Origin: Bacteroidales bacterium
GTDB lineage: Bacteria > Bacteroidota > Bacteroidia > Bacteroidales > VadinHA17
DNA length: 64,000 nt
NCBI GenBank assembly: GCA_034004115.1
Contig: JAVEXG010000007.1
Location: 213-64,212 of the forward strand
Reading direction: 5' to 3'
In this document: piece after piece, positions 45,665-55,025 of the stretch
Layout: the number at the start of each line of letters is the position of its first letter
How positions within the stretch are numbered: the first letter of the stretch is position 1
Position numbers and translations under genes: made by a program
The notes under the pieces: generated by a model
The model's input: only the letters and a program-made list of their open reading frames with translations
What the model was told of the DNA's origin: nothing
Database searches by the model: none

Positions 45665-47031
45665 TTAACCGGTGGATTTTCTTTTCCTGAGTTTGAACTC
45701 CGTTTAAAAAAGTAGTAGGCAGGAATCCCCACCAGGACTGTCAGGATGGCGATAGACGACTCCAGTGGACTTTCCATGAAGGAAAGCGACAGTATCATTA
45801 ACCCGGCTGTAATATAGATAATCTGAGGGATCGGGAAGCCTTTCACTTTCAGGGCTTCGGGGTGAGTTTTCCTCAGTTTCCAGATTCCAATGACAGAGAG
45901 AACAGGGAAGATGCCCAGCGCGAAACCCATATAGGTAAGTACCTGTTCGAATGTCCCCGAAAGGACCAGTACAACTGCAATAAGCGCCTGCATTAGTATT
46001 GAATTCGAAGGTACCTGGAACCTCTTGTGGATTTTGGCGGCCGACTTGAAGAAGAGCCCGTCCTTTGCCATTGAGTAGTAAACCCTCGGACCTATGATTA
46101 TGAAAGCACTGAGTGACGAGAAAAGTGCAAATGCAATCAGTATCGAGAACAGGATTTCGGCCGATTTCCCGAAAAGGTTGCCCATGGCAAGGCCGCCGAC
46201 TGAGATTACTCCTTTCATCGATTCTGGATTTATACCGTAAACATAAAGGATGTTTATTCCGATATATAGAACAATTACGATCAGTGTTCCGTAAATGAGT
46301 GATCCGGGGAGGTTCCGTTTGGGATTCTTTATCTCGGCTCCCAGGTAGGTGGATGCGTTCCATCCGCTGTAGGCGAACATGATCCACATCAGCGAAAGCC
46401 CTACAGTCTTCCAGCCAGCGAGTCCCGATCCCACTGTTCTTGCACTATGGAAATTCGAGAAGTCTCCCCTTCCGGAAGAAAAACCTCCGACGAGCAATAT
46501 CACAATAAGAAGGATTTTAAGTATTGTAAGCGCATTCTGGATGCGTGCGCCGTATTTAATTCCCCTGTAATGGATAAAGGTGAAGATGAGGATCACTGAA
46601 ACTGCAAGTGTTTTCTTGGTCACTTCCAGTCCCATGATGCCGTTGGCATTCAGCCAGTCGCCGAGTCCGGGAATCGCTCTTGTGAAATATTCGCTGAATC
46701 CGAGGGCTGAGGCTGCTATCGGAGCAGAGAAACCAACAATGAATGAGACCCATCCGCTCAGGAATCCGTAGATCGGGCTATAGAGCCTGGAAAGGAACAG
46801 GTATTCACCTCCGGCTCCCGGCATGGCCGCTCCAAGCTCACCGTACGACAGCGCCCCGCAAAGGGCAATGATGCCTCCAACTGCCCACAGGATGACCATA
46901 AGCAGCGGATTATGAAGCTCAGCCATCAGGAGCCCGGATGTTGTGAATATCCCGGCGCCTATCATATTGGCAACAACTATATTGGTTGCAGGGAAAAGCC
47001 CCAGCTTTCTCTCCAGTTTGTCTTCCGCCAT
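45661..47031 (-). CDS. APC-superfamily amino acid permease
   Basis: 456 aa with about 12 hydrophobic segments. N-terminal ...VANMIGAGIFTTSG motif. Confidence 0.85.
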   Translation of the reverse strand: MAEDKLERKLGLFPATNIVVANMIGAGIFTTSGLLMAELHNPLLMVILWAVGGIIALCGALSYGELGAAMPGAGGEYLFLSRLYSPIYGFLSGWVSFIVGFSAPIAASALGFSEYFTRAIPGLGDWLNANGIMGLEVTKKTLAVSVILIFTFIHYRGIKYGARIQNALTILKILLIVILLVGGFSSGRGDFSNFHSARTVGSGLAGWKTVGLSLMWIMFAYSGWNASTYLGAEIKNPKRNLPGSLIYGTLIVIVLYIGINILYVYGINPESMKGVISVGGLAMGNLFGKSAEILFSILIAFALFSSLSAFIIIGPRVYYSMAKDGLFFKSAAKIHKRFQVPSNSILMQALIAVVLVLSGTFEQVLTYMGFALGIFPVLSVIGIWKLRKTHPEALKVKGFPIPQIIYITAGLMILSLSFMESPLESSIAILTVLVGIPAYYFFKRSSNSGKENPPVN

Positions 47032-47041
47032 GTTTGCTAGA

Positions 47042-47719
47042 TTATTGTTTTGACCTTTTGTAGCTGATTGCCATTCCTCCGCCCGAGTTGTTCAGTGTTG
47101 TTTCATAATTGTCGAGGCTTCTGACGTATTCGAGATAGATGGCAGGTCCTCCATAGCCGCGGTTGCCGCCCCGGCCTCTTTCTGTAATATTGTGGGTTAC
47201 AAAGCATCCGCCGACTGTCAGTTTGGGGTTAAGCTCTATGAAATAATTCTTGTACCAGTCCTTGTCGGCGTCGCTGAACACAAAATCAAAGGGTCCCTTA
47301 AGTTCCCTGGCAAGTTTGTGAGCATCGGCAAGTCGTGCATCAATATAATCCGACAGCCCCACCTCCCTGAAATTCTCAAGAGCGGCCTTGTGCCTCTCCT
47401 CATTGATCTCTATTGTGATCAGCTTCCCTCCGGTCTTGCTCAGCGCCCATGCGATCCAGATGGCTGAATGACCGGTGGATGTACCGAATTCGATGGCCGA
47501 CTTGTAGTTCCCCTTTATGATGAGATCATACAGCAGCTGCCCGTCGGAAGCCGGGATATTCATGTCGAACCAGTAATGCGAATGCTCGGTGAGGAATTTT
47601 CTTACCTTCTTATCAAGATCATCACCCGCAGGGCCTGTCTGAGCCCATGCGTTGTTGATGGCAATAACTGAAACAAAAATGGTCAGAATTGCCAGTTTAC
47701 TTATCAGATTAAACTTCAT
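47042..47719 (-). CDS. Class I SAM-dependent O-methyltransferase fold (family 3-like) with a predicted N-terminal signal peptide
   Basis: 225 aa. Hydrophobic N-terminus ending ...NNAWAQ, then EFGTSTGHS (SAM motif I-like) and FDFVFSDADK. Confidence 0.7.
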   Translation of the reverse strand: MKFNLISKLAILTIFVSVIAINNAWAQTGPAGDDLDKKVRKFLTEHSHYWFDMNIPASDGQLLYDLIIKGNYKSAIEFGTSTGHSAIWIAWALSKTGGKLITIEINEERHKAALENFREVGLSDYIDARLADAHKLARELKGPFDFVFSDADKDWYKNYFIELNPKLTVGGCFVTHNITERGRGGNRGYGGPAIYLEYVRSLDNYETTLNNSGGGMAISYKRSKQ

Positions 47720-47867
47720 AGCGCCAAATTTAGTGACAATCCGGATTAGGTCCGCCCGTTGTCCCTATGATTGTTCCGGGAAATATATCACTTTCATTTT
47801 ACAATTCAATTAAAAATCTTTTTATAACTTTCCCGGACCATTAATCAGTTGTATAGTCCCATCCTTT

Positions 47868-49415
47868 GTGTTTCATAGAATGAAAGAAGAGCCGGGAAAC
47901 AGTTATTCGGGCATAGTCATTTTTTTTCTGGCACTGCTAAATGTGGTTATTCACCTCTGTGTATCAGATAATCTTGAATATCACCGGGATGAACTGCTTT
48001 ATTTCTCACTTGGGCTTCACCCTGCTGCCGGATATGCCACCGTTCCTCCAATGATTGGCTGGATAGCCGGTATCATGCAGGCAATATTCGGGACTTCGGT
48101 GTTTGCAGTGAGGCTTTTTCCGGCGGTCATGAGTGGTGTTATGGTATACCTGGTCGCCGCCATCGCAAGGGAATTGGGAGGTTCGGGCTATGCAAGAGTG
48201 CTTGCGGCTACGGGTTTTGTGGTTTCCATAATAGGTTTGCGCTCTTTCCTCTTTTTTATGCCGGTGCATATCGACATCTTCTTCTGGACGCTTATCTTCT
48301 ACCTGGTAATCAGGTATGTCAACTCATCCTCAGACAAGTATCTGCTGCTTATCGGGATAACCACAGGTGCCGGACTGCTCAATAAATATCTTTTGGGACT
48401 GCTTATCCTGATACTTTTGATTATAGTTCCCTTAACAATGTACAGAACCATATTTACCCGCAGGAAGTTCTGGATCGGCATGCTGGCCGGGTTTATAGTT
48501 TTTCTGCCAAACCTGATCTGGCAATTGGTGAATGGCCTTCCTGTGCTGAATCACCTTTCAGAACTTGAACGGACTCAGCTTGTAAATGTCGACAGGACGG
48601 CTTTCCTTATCGAGCAGCTGATTATACCCGGAATGGCCTCAGTATTGACTATTGCAGGGATCATCCATCTTTTTACAAGCAGGAAGGCCTGGCAGTACAG
48701 GTTTCTGGGAATCACCGCGCTGGCTGTGATACTTTCACTGATGATGATGCGGGGCAAGAATTATTACACTATGGGAGTGTTCCCCTTTCTTATGGCCGCC
48801 GGGGCGGTATCGTGGGAGATGACACTGAAAAAGACATGGCCAAGACTTACCCTGATACTGCTCCTTGTACTTTTAACCATCCCTTCCCTCCCGATCGGGA
48901 TTCCCCTGTATGGACCGGAAAAACTTGTCAGCTATTTCGATGGCCTGAAAAGGGATTATAAGATGGACTTTATATGCAGGTTCGAGGATGGATCAATACA
49001 TTCTCTTCCGCAGGATTACGCCGACATGCTTGGCTGGGAGGAACTGACCGGAATAGCCGCTGAAGCATGGAATATGATTGATGATAAGAACTCGGCTTTC
49101 ATCTTCTGCGAAAACTATGGATATGCCGGTGCCGTGACTATCATCGGCAAGAAATACGGGCTACCCGAGGCAGTCAGTTTCAATGAGAGCTTCAGGTACT
49201 GGATACCCCTGGTTTTTGATCCCGACATTACCTCAGCAGTTTATATTAACGGTGAAGTGGGTGAAGATATAGGTCAGATCTTCGGAAAGGTTACAAGAGT
49301 CGGGAGCATATCCAATCCTCTTTCGAGGGAATTTGGTACTTCAGTATGGCTCCTTGAGGAACCCCTGGGAAGCTTTAATAGTTTCTGGCTCGACAGTGTG
49401 AAACAATTTTTTTAG
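47868..49415 (+). CDS. GT39/GT83-like (ArnT/PMT-type) polytopic membrane glycosyltransferase
   Basis: 515 aa. Many TM segments and an N-terminal YHRDELLYF loop motif. The start is uncertain (GTG at 47868 or ATG at 47880). Confidence 0.65.
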   Translation: MFHRMKEEPGNSYSGIVIFFLALLNVVIHLCVSDNLEYHRDELLYFSLGLHPAAGYATVPPMIGWIAGIMQAIFGTSVFAVRLFPAVMSGVMVYLVAAIARELGGSGYARVLAATGFVVSIIGLRSFLFFMPVHIDIFFWTLIFYLVIRYVNSSSDKYLLLIGITTGAGLLNKYLLGLLILILLIIVPLTMYRTIFTRRKFWIGMLAGFIVFLPNLIWQLVNGLPVLNHLSELERTQLVNVDRTAFLIEQLIIPGMASVLTIAGIIHLFTSRKAWQYRFLGITALAVILSLMMMRGKNYYTMGVFPFLMAAGAVSWEMTLKKTWPRLTLILLLVLLTIPSLPIGIPLYGPEKLVSYFDGLKRDYKMDFICRFEDGSIHSLPQDYADMLGWEELTGIAAEAWNMIDDKNSAFIFCENYGYAGAVTIIGKKYGLPEAVSFNESFRYWIPLVFDPDITSAVYINGEVGEDIGQIFGKVTRVGSISNPLSREFGTSVWLLEEPLGSFNSFWLDSVKQFF

Positions 49416-49505
49416 TTTTTTGTTTATGTAGTACAGCACAGGATATAAATTTTCAGTGATATATTTGACAACTTAAATTACGGACTCAATATTAAATGTA
49501 ATAAT

Positions 49506-49943
49506 ATGAATTTCTCAGATTTTATTAAGGATAACGGCAAGCGGATAAGCAAGGAACATTACCTTCACCTGATTCAGGTATCAAGGGTTGATGGAAAAAT
49601 TAAACCCGAAGAGCTTGAACTGCTTCACAAAGGGGGAAGGAAATTTGGTCTCACCGATCCGGAGATCGACAAGCTGATCGAGAGTGAAGCAAGTCAGTAC
49701 GATCCTCCGTATCCTGTCCAGGAGAAGTTCGACCATCTCTATAATGTTGCAGAAATGATCCTTGCAGATGATTCCGTGTCCGAAGGTGAAAGAAAACTGC
49801 TGAAACGCTTTGCCATCGAAGCCGGATTCAGCGACAAGACCATCGCAAAACTGATCGAACTCCTTCTAACCGGCATTAAAAAGGGTGAAGATGAGGAGAC
49901 GCTGTTCAAGAGGTTCAGGACGGAGATCTTGTTTCAGGATTAA
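49506..49943 (+). CDS. TerB-like (tellurite-resistance TerB fold) small protein
   Basis: 145 aa with two internal repeats (VDGKIKPEELELLHKGGRKFGL / DDSVSEGERKLLKRFAIEAGF) typical of TerB/DjlA-N-like helical domains. Confidence 0.5.
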   Translation: MNFSDFIKDNGKRISKEHYLHLIQVSRVDGKIKPEELELLHKGGRKFGLTDPEIDKLIESEASQYDPPYPVQEKFDHLYNVAEMILADDSVSEGERKLLKRFAIEAGFSDKTIAKLIELLLTGIKKGEDEETLFKRFRTEILFQD

Positions 49944-49978
49944 CCCTCACGCCTCAAGCCTCAAGCCTCATCCCTCAG
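49944..49978. repeat. Heptamer tandem repeat SCCTCAN x5, the same word family as 41404-41438
   Basis: ccctcac gcctcaa gcctcaa gcctcat ccctcag. It fills the gap between the convergent stop codons and overlaps the carB stop (49975-49977). Confidence 0.9.
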
Positions 49979-52900
49979 TCTTCTATCTCAGAATGATACT
50001 CCTGGAGCGACTTCACCTTATACTCCCCGTTTTGCCTTGCCCTGATGCCTTCCGTTGCCGAAAAGGCGGCTGAGGTTGTGGTGATATATGGCACCTTGTA
50101 CCTGATGGCGTTCTTCCTGATATAGGAATCGTCATACTCGCTGAGACGCCCGGCAGGGGTGTTGATTACAAGATCAATTTCCTTGTTCTTTATGGCATCC
50201 ACAATGTTAGGTCTGCCCTGATGCACTTTCAGTATAAGTTCGGCTGGAATTCCGTTATCGATAAGGAACTGCCTTGTTCCTCCGGTTGAAATGATTGTGA
50301 ATCCCATGTCCCTGAAATTCCTTGCTGCCGGAAGTATCCTGTTTTTGTCGCGGTCGGCAATAGTTATCAATACTGTGCCCTTTATCGGCAGCGGTGACAT
50401 TGTTGCCTCCTGCGATTTGAAAAATGCCATGCCGTACGAATCTGCAATCCCAAGAACCTCGCCCGTCGATCGCATTTCAGGACCGAGGAGCGGATCAATC
50501 GCCGGGAACATGTTGAACGGGAAGACTGCTTCCTTGACGCCGTAGTGCTTTATGTTCCGTTTTTTCAGACCGAATTCCGAAAGCTTCTGTCCGAGCATTA
50601 TCTGGGTGGCAATCCGGGGCATCGAGATATTGCAGACCTTCGACACCAGCGGAACGGTGCGTGAAGCCCTGGGATTGGCCTCCAGAATGTACACCGTATC
50701 TTCATAGATTGCATACTGGATATTCATCAGGCCGACCACCTTAAGCTCCATTGCAATTTTGCGGGTATAATCGTAAATTGTCTTCTTATGTTCCTTGGAA
50801 ATTACAACCGGAGGGATCACACAGGCAGAGTCGCCCGAGTGGATACCTGCATACTCGATATGCTGCATGACGGCCGGTACAAAGGCATCGGTTCCGTCCG
50901 AGATGGCGTCAGCCTCCGATTCAATGGCATCTTCAAGGAATTTGTCGAGAAGCAGCGGACGATCGGGTGAGACGCCAATGGCTGTTGCTACATATTCAGT
51001 AAGCATTTTCTCGTCGAGGATGATTTTCATCGCTCTTCCCCCAAGTACGTACGAAGGACGAATCATCAGCGGGTAACCTATCCTTTCGGCTATGCTGAGG
51101 GCTTCGTCCATGTTGCTTGCCATTCCCGATTCGGGCTGCGGAATGCCAAGCTTGTTTATTACATGCCTGAACCGGTCGCGGTCCTCGGCAAGATCGATTG
51201 TGTCGGGGGTGGTTCCGAGTATCTTCACTCCGGCTTCCGCCAGTTCCCTGGCAAGATTCAGCGGTGTCTGGCCTCCGAACTGGACTATCACTCCCTCAGG
51301 CTTCTCCTTTTCGTAAATACTGAGGACATCCTCTGCAGTAAGAGGTTCAAAATAAAGCCTGTCCGACGTGTCGTAATCGGTCGAAACCGTTTCGGGGTTG
51401 CAGTTGACCATTATCGATTCATAACCTCCGTCGCGGATGGCGAAGGCGGCATGCACGCAGCAATAGTCGAATTCGATGCCCTGTCCGATCCGGTTAGGAC
51501 CGCCTCCCAGTACCATTATCTTCTTCCTGTTGCTCACAGGCACGGTGTCCGGAGCATTGTATGTCGAGAAGTAATAGGAGGCATCACGCACCCCGCTTAC
51601 GGGAACAGGTTCCCATGCTTCCGTCAGCCCGAGCGATATTCGTTTTGCCCTTATAACCTTTTCGTGGATCCCAAGCAGTCCGGAGAGGTATCTGTCGGCA
51701 AAACCGTTTTTCTTCGCCGTGATCAGCAGGTCGTTGGGAAGCATCATGCCCTTGTAGCCCAGTATCTTCTCCTCCATGGTCACCAGCTCCTTCATCTGTT
51801 CGATGAACCACTTCTTTATCCTGGTCTTTTTGAATAGTTCTTTTGTGTCAGCGCCTTTCCGCAGCGCCTCGTACATTATGAACTGGCGCTCGCTCGAGGG
51901 ATGATTGAGCATATTCATCAGTTCCTCAAGCGTCTTTTTATTGAAATCCTTTGCGAATCCGAGCCCGTAACGTCCTATCTCGAGCGACCTTATCCCCTTC
52001 TGAAGCGCCTCCTTGTAGTTCTTTCCGATGCTCATCACCTCGCCAACGGCAAGCATCTGGGTTCCGAGCTTGTCTTCAAGACCTTCGAATTTCTCGAAAG
52101 CCCATCGCGGGAACTTGACAACAACATAATCGCCCGAGGGTGTGTAAAGGTCGAGGGTGCCGTCGCGCCAGTATGGTATTTCGTCAAGGGTGAGGCCGCC
52201 TGCAAGCAGCGAGGAGATATAGGCTATCGGGAAACCGGTGGCCTTTGATGCAAGGGCCGACGACCGGGATGTCCTCGGATTGATCTCTATCACCACAACC
52301 CTGTCGGTTACGGGATCATGTGCAAACTGAACATTGGTACCGCCTATGACCTCTATGGCTTCAACAATGTCGTAAGAGTACTTCTGAAGCCTGTTCTGAA
52401 GTTCCTTGCTTATTGTGAGCATCGGTGCTGTGCAGAATGAGTCGCCGGTGTGAACGCCCATCGGATCGACATTCTCAATGAAGCAAACCGTTATCATGTG
52501 GTTCTTTGCATCCCTTACAACCTCCAGTTCGAGTTCCTCCCATCCCAGAACAGATTCCTCAATAAGGACCTGGTTCACTATGCTTGCAGCAAGCCCCCTG
52601 CTTGCTATCGTTCGAAGCTCTTCGACGTTGTATACTAGTCCGCCGCCTGTTCCTCCCATTGTATAGGCAGGACGGACAACAACCGGATATCCGAGCGAGG
52701 CAGCCACTTTCTCGGCATCCTCAACGGTGTTGACAGCCTGGCTCTGAGGCATTTCAATACCCAGCCGGTTCATGGTTTCCTTGAAGGCAACCCTGTCTTC
52801 GCCTCTCTCGATGGCATCGATGTTGACACCGATAACCTTTACATTGTATTCCTTCAGAACACCTTTTTTTGCAAGAAGCGATGAAAGGTTCAGCCCGGTC

Positions 52901-53178
52901 TGACCGCCAAGATTCGGCAGGAGGGCATCGGGTCGCTCTTTCTTGATTATCTCAGTGAGGGCATATTCGTTGAGCGGCTCCACATAGGTGGCATCGGCTA
53001 TCCCCGGATCGGTCATTATGGTTGCCGGATTCGAGTTGACAAGTACTATTTTGTATCCCAGCGAGCGGAGCGCTTTGCAGGCCTGGGTTCCGGAATAGTC
53101 AAACTCACAGGCCTGTCCAATAATTATCGGTCCCGAACCTATAATAAGCACCTTGCTTATATCTTCACGTTTTGGCAT
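49975..53178 (-). CDS. carB: Carbamoyl-phosphate synthase large subunit
   Basis: Start set at MPKREDISKVLIIGSGPIIIGQACEFDYSG (ATG at 53178). Duplicated ATP-grasp modules and an MGS-like C-terminus. Confidence 0.97.
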   Translation of the reverse strand: MPKREDISKVLIIGSGPIIIGQACEFDYSGTQACKALRSLGYKIVLVNSNPATIMTDPGIADATYVEPLNEYALTEIIKKERPDALLPNLGGQTGLNLSSLLAKKGVLKEYNVKVIGVNIDAIERGEDRVAFKETMNRLGIEMPQSQAVNTVEDAEKVAASLGYPVVVRPAYTMGGTGGGLVYNVEELRTIASRGLAASIVNQVLIEESVLGWEELELEVVRDAKNHMITVCFIENVDPMGVHTGDSFCTAPMLTISKELQNRLQKYSYDIVEAIEVIGGTNVQFAHDPVTDRVVVIEINPRTSRSSALASKATGFPIAYISSLLAGGLTLDEIPYWRDGTLDLYTPSGDYVVVKFPRWAFEKFEGLEDKLGTQMLAVGEVMSIGKNYKEALQKGIRSLEIGRYGLGFAKDFNKKTLEELMNMLNHPSSERQFIMYEALRKGADTKELFKKTRIKKWFIEQMKELVTMEEKILGYKGMMLPNDLLITAKKNGFADRYLSGLLGIHEKVIRAKRISLGLTEAWEPVPVSGVRDASYYFSTYNAPDTVPVSNRKKIMVLGGGPNRIGQGIEFDYCCVHAAFAIRDGGYESIMVNCNPETVSTDYDTSDRLYFEPLTAEDVLSIYEKEKPEGVIVQFGGQTPLNLARELAEAGVKILGTTPDTIDLAEDRDRFRHVINKLGIPQPESGMASNMDEALSIAERIGYPLMIRPSYVLGGRAMKIILDEKMLTEYVATAIGVSPDRPLLLDKFLEDAIESEADAISDGTDAFVPAVMQHIEYAGIHSGDSACVIPPVVISKEHKKTIYDYTRKIAMELKVVGLMNIQYAIYEDTVYILEANPRASRTVPLVSKVCNISMPRIATQIMLGQKLSEFGLKKRNIKHYGVKEAVFPFNMFPAIDPLLGPEMRSTGEVLGIADSYGMAFFKSQEATMSPLPIKGTVLITIADRDKNRILPAARNFRDMGFTIISTGGTRQFLIDNGIPAELILKVHQGRPNIVDAIKNKEIDLVINTPAGRLSEYDDSYIRKNAIRYKVPYITTTSAAFSATEGIRARQNGEYKVKSLQEYHSEIED

Positions 53179-53457
53179 GATGGTCTTTATTTTACGGCGG
53201 CAATTTAGAAAATCAAATTGACACGACATAAACCCGGCCCGGTATCAATCCAAATGATTTATGAACAAAATGGAAATGATACTGTTATCATCACTGATAT
53301 GGCTGATGCCGCTGAAAATAAGTCCGGACCCCGGGTTGTTAATAACTTGCCAGGGTTTCTTAATGTTTATCAGAAGAAAAGTTCTAAATTTCAGATAGAT
53401 ACTTTTCCGGAATTATTCCCGCGGCTGGAGCTGTTTGTTTAACCAAAACGGGAAATA

Positions 53458-54006
53458 TTGAAGAGATATCATAAAATTCAGAACCCTTTGAAAGCTACAT
53501 CTGACGGTGTCCTTCAGGACATTTTCAAAGGAAACGCGTTTTCCGGTCAAGCCGCCCCCGTGGGCTCCGGAAAGAAAGCCCTCCGGACGGATACGGGGTA
53601 CAGGAGATTTTTGTTCGTTGCAGCATTTTCCCTTCTCTGCACCGGCCTTTTTGCCCCCGGAAACCATACTGTGTCAATCGCCGCCTCACAATCCATCAAT
53701 CCTTACCTGAGCCTGCTGATGGCAACTGCAATGGTCGAGACACTGGGGAATCCCCTGGCATATAACGAAGAGGAAGATGCTGTGGGATTACTTCAGATAA
53801 GGCAGGTCAGGATAGACGATTACAACAGACGGACAGGAAGCCGCCTTACCCTCGACCAGATGTACGATGTGGACCTGTCAGTCAAGGTTTTCCTGTACTA
53901 CGCCTCACTGGAAAACCCCAATAACCTCGAGAAAATATCGAAGGCATGGAACGGCTCGGGACCCATGACCGAACTATACTGGGAAAGGATAAAAGAATAC
54001 CTGTAA
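53458..54006 (+). CDS. Small lytic-transglycosylase (SLT)-like protein with an N-terminal hydrophobic segment
   Basis: ...MVETLGNPLAYNEEEDAVGLLQIRQ... resembles the SLT catalytic Glu and GLMQI motifs. The TTG start at 53458 is uncertain, and an internal GTG near 53560 is possible. Confidence 0.45.
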   Translation: MKRYHKIQNPLKATSDGVLQDIFKGNAFSGQAAPVGSGKKALRTDTGYRRFLFVAAFSLLCTGLFAPGNHTVSIAASQSINPYLSLLMATAMVETLGNPLAYNEEEDAVGLLQIRQVRIDDYNRRTGSRLTLDQMYDVDLSVKVFLYYASLENPNNLEKISKAWNGSGPMTELYWERIKEYL

Positions 54007-54029
54007 ATCCTGTTTGAACAGGATTTTTT
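54006..54029 (+). terminator. Rho-independent terminator
   Basis: AATCCTG-TTTGAA-CAGGATT followed by TTTTT, beginning at the last base of the stop codon at 54004-54006. Confidence 0.75.
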
Positions 54030-54066
54030 GCTTAAATTGGGGCAAACCATAATCCAAAGCCATCAA

Positions 54067-54978
54067 ATGAACACATCGAGGAGATCATTCATTAAATCGG
54101 GCGCAGCATTGATCGCCGCCGCCGCAGTAATGCCCGGAAAGGTGCTTGCAGCCAAAAAAAGAAAAAAGGGAATAATCGGGGTCCAGCTTTACAGCATCCG
54201 CAACGAAATGGGGAAAGATCCCCTCGGATCGCTCAAAAAAGTTGCGGCTATGGGCTATGAATATGTCGAACATGCAAACTATGTCGACAGGAAATTTTAC
54301 GGTTACACTCCGCAGGAATTCAGAAAAGTCCTCGACGACCTCGGACTGAAAATGATCAGCGGACATACCGTGATGGGACGCAATCACTGGGATGAAGACA
54401 GAAATGACTTCTCCGACAGCTGGAAATACACAGTCGACGATGCCGCCGTCCTTGGACAGCGATATGTGGTCAGCCCGTCAATGGACAACAGCATGAGGAG
54501 CAAGTATGATGACTTCATGCATTATATGGAGATCTTCAATAAATGCGGCGAGCTCTGCAAGAAACAGGGGATGAAGTTCGGGTATCATAACCATGACTTT
54601 GAATTCAGCGAAAAACTGAACAACGAGAAGCTTTTTGACATAATGATGCGAACCATGGATCCCGACAAGGTCGTCGTTCAGCTCGACATGGGCAACCTGT
54701 ACAACGGGGGCGCTGTGGCGCTTGATGTTGTGAGGCAGTATCCCGGAAGATTCGAGAACCTTCACGTGAAGGACGAAATTGAAGCTTCGGAAGGCAGCGA
54801 CAAATACGAGAGTACTATAATCGGAAAGGGGATAGTAAATGCCAGGGAGGTAATCGACCTTGCAACGAAGATCGGCGGCACTGAAGTGTATATAATCGAA
54901 CAGGAGTCGTATCAGGGCAAGACCCCGATGGAATGCATCGAGGAGGACCTGAAGGTCATGAAGAGCTGGGGATACTAG
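54067..54978 (+). CDS. Sugar phosphate isomerase/epimerase (xylose-isomerase-like TIM barrel) with a twin-arginine signal
   Basis: Start set at MNTSRRSFIKSGAALIAAAAVMPGKVLA (Tat motif). The track's TTG at 54028 lies inside the terminator. AP_endonuc_2-like pattern (YEYVEHANY..., GYHNHDFEF). Confidence 0.8.
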   Translation: MNTSRRSFIKSGAALIAAAAVMPGKVLAAKKRKKGIIGVQLYSIRNEMGKDPLGSLKKVAAMGYEYVEHANYVDRKFYGYTPQEFRKVLDDLGLKMISGHTVMGRNHWDEDRNDFSDSWKYTVDDAAVLGQRYVVSPSMDNSMRSKYDDFMHYMEIFNKCGELCKKQGMKFGYHNHDFEFSEKLNNEKLFDIMMRTMDPDKVVVQLDMGNLYNGGAVALDVVRQYPGRFENLHVKDEIEASEGSDKYESTIIGKGIVNAREVIDLATKIGGTEVYIIEQESYQGKTPMECIEEDLKVMKSWGY

Positions 54979-55025
54979 AATCCCTGAGAAATTTCACGGT
55001 AAGGACGCCGTTTAGAAAGGCAGGA

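Noticed and set aside
53218-53442. 74-aa ORF in the carB upstream gap (and 53413-53667 on the minus strand)
   Set aside because: There is no recognisable domain, signal or coupling to neighbours. It overlaps the likely carB promoter and leader, so the evidence is insufficient to call it a gene.
54028-54066. TTG start at 54028 for the sugar-phosphate isomerase ORF
   Set aside because: It lies within or immediately after the terminator hairpin and T-run of the upstream gene. The ATG at 54067 yields a canonical twin-arginine signal peptide at the N-terminus.
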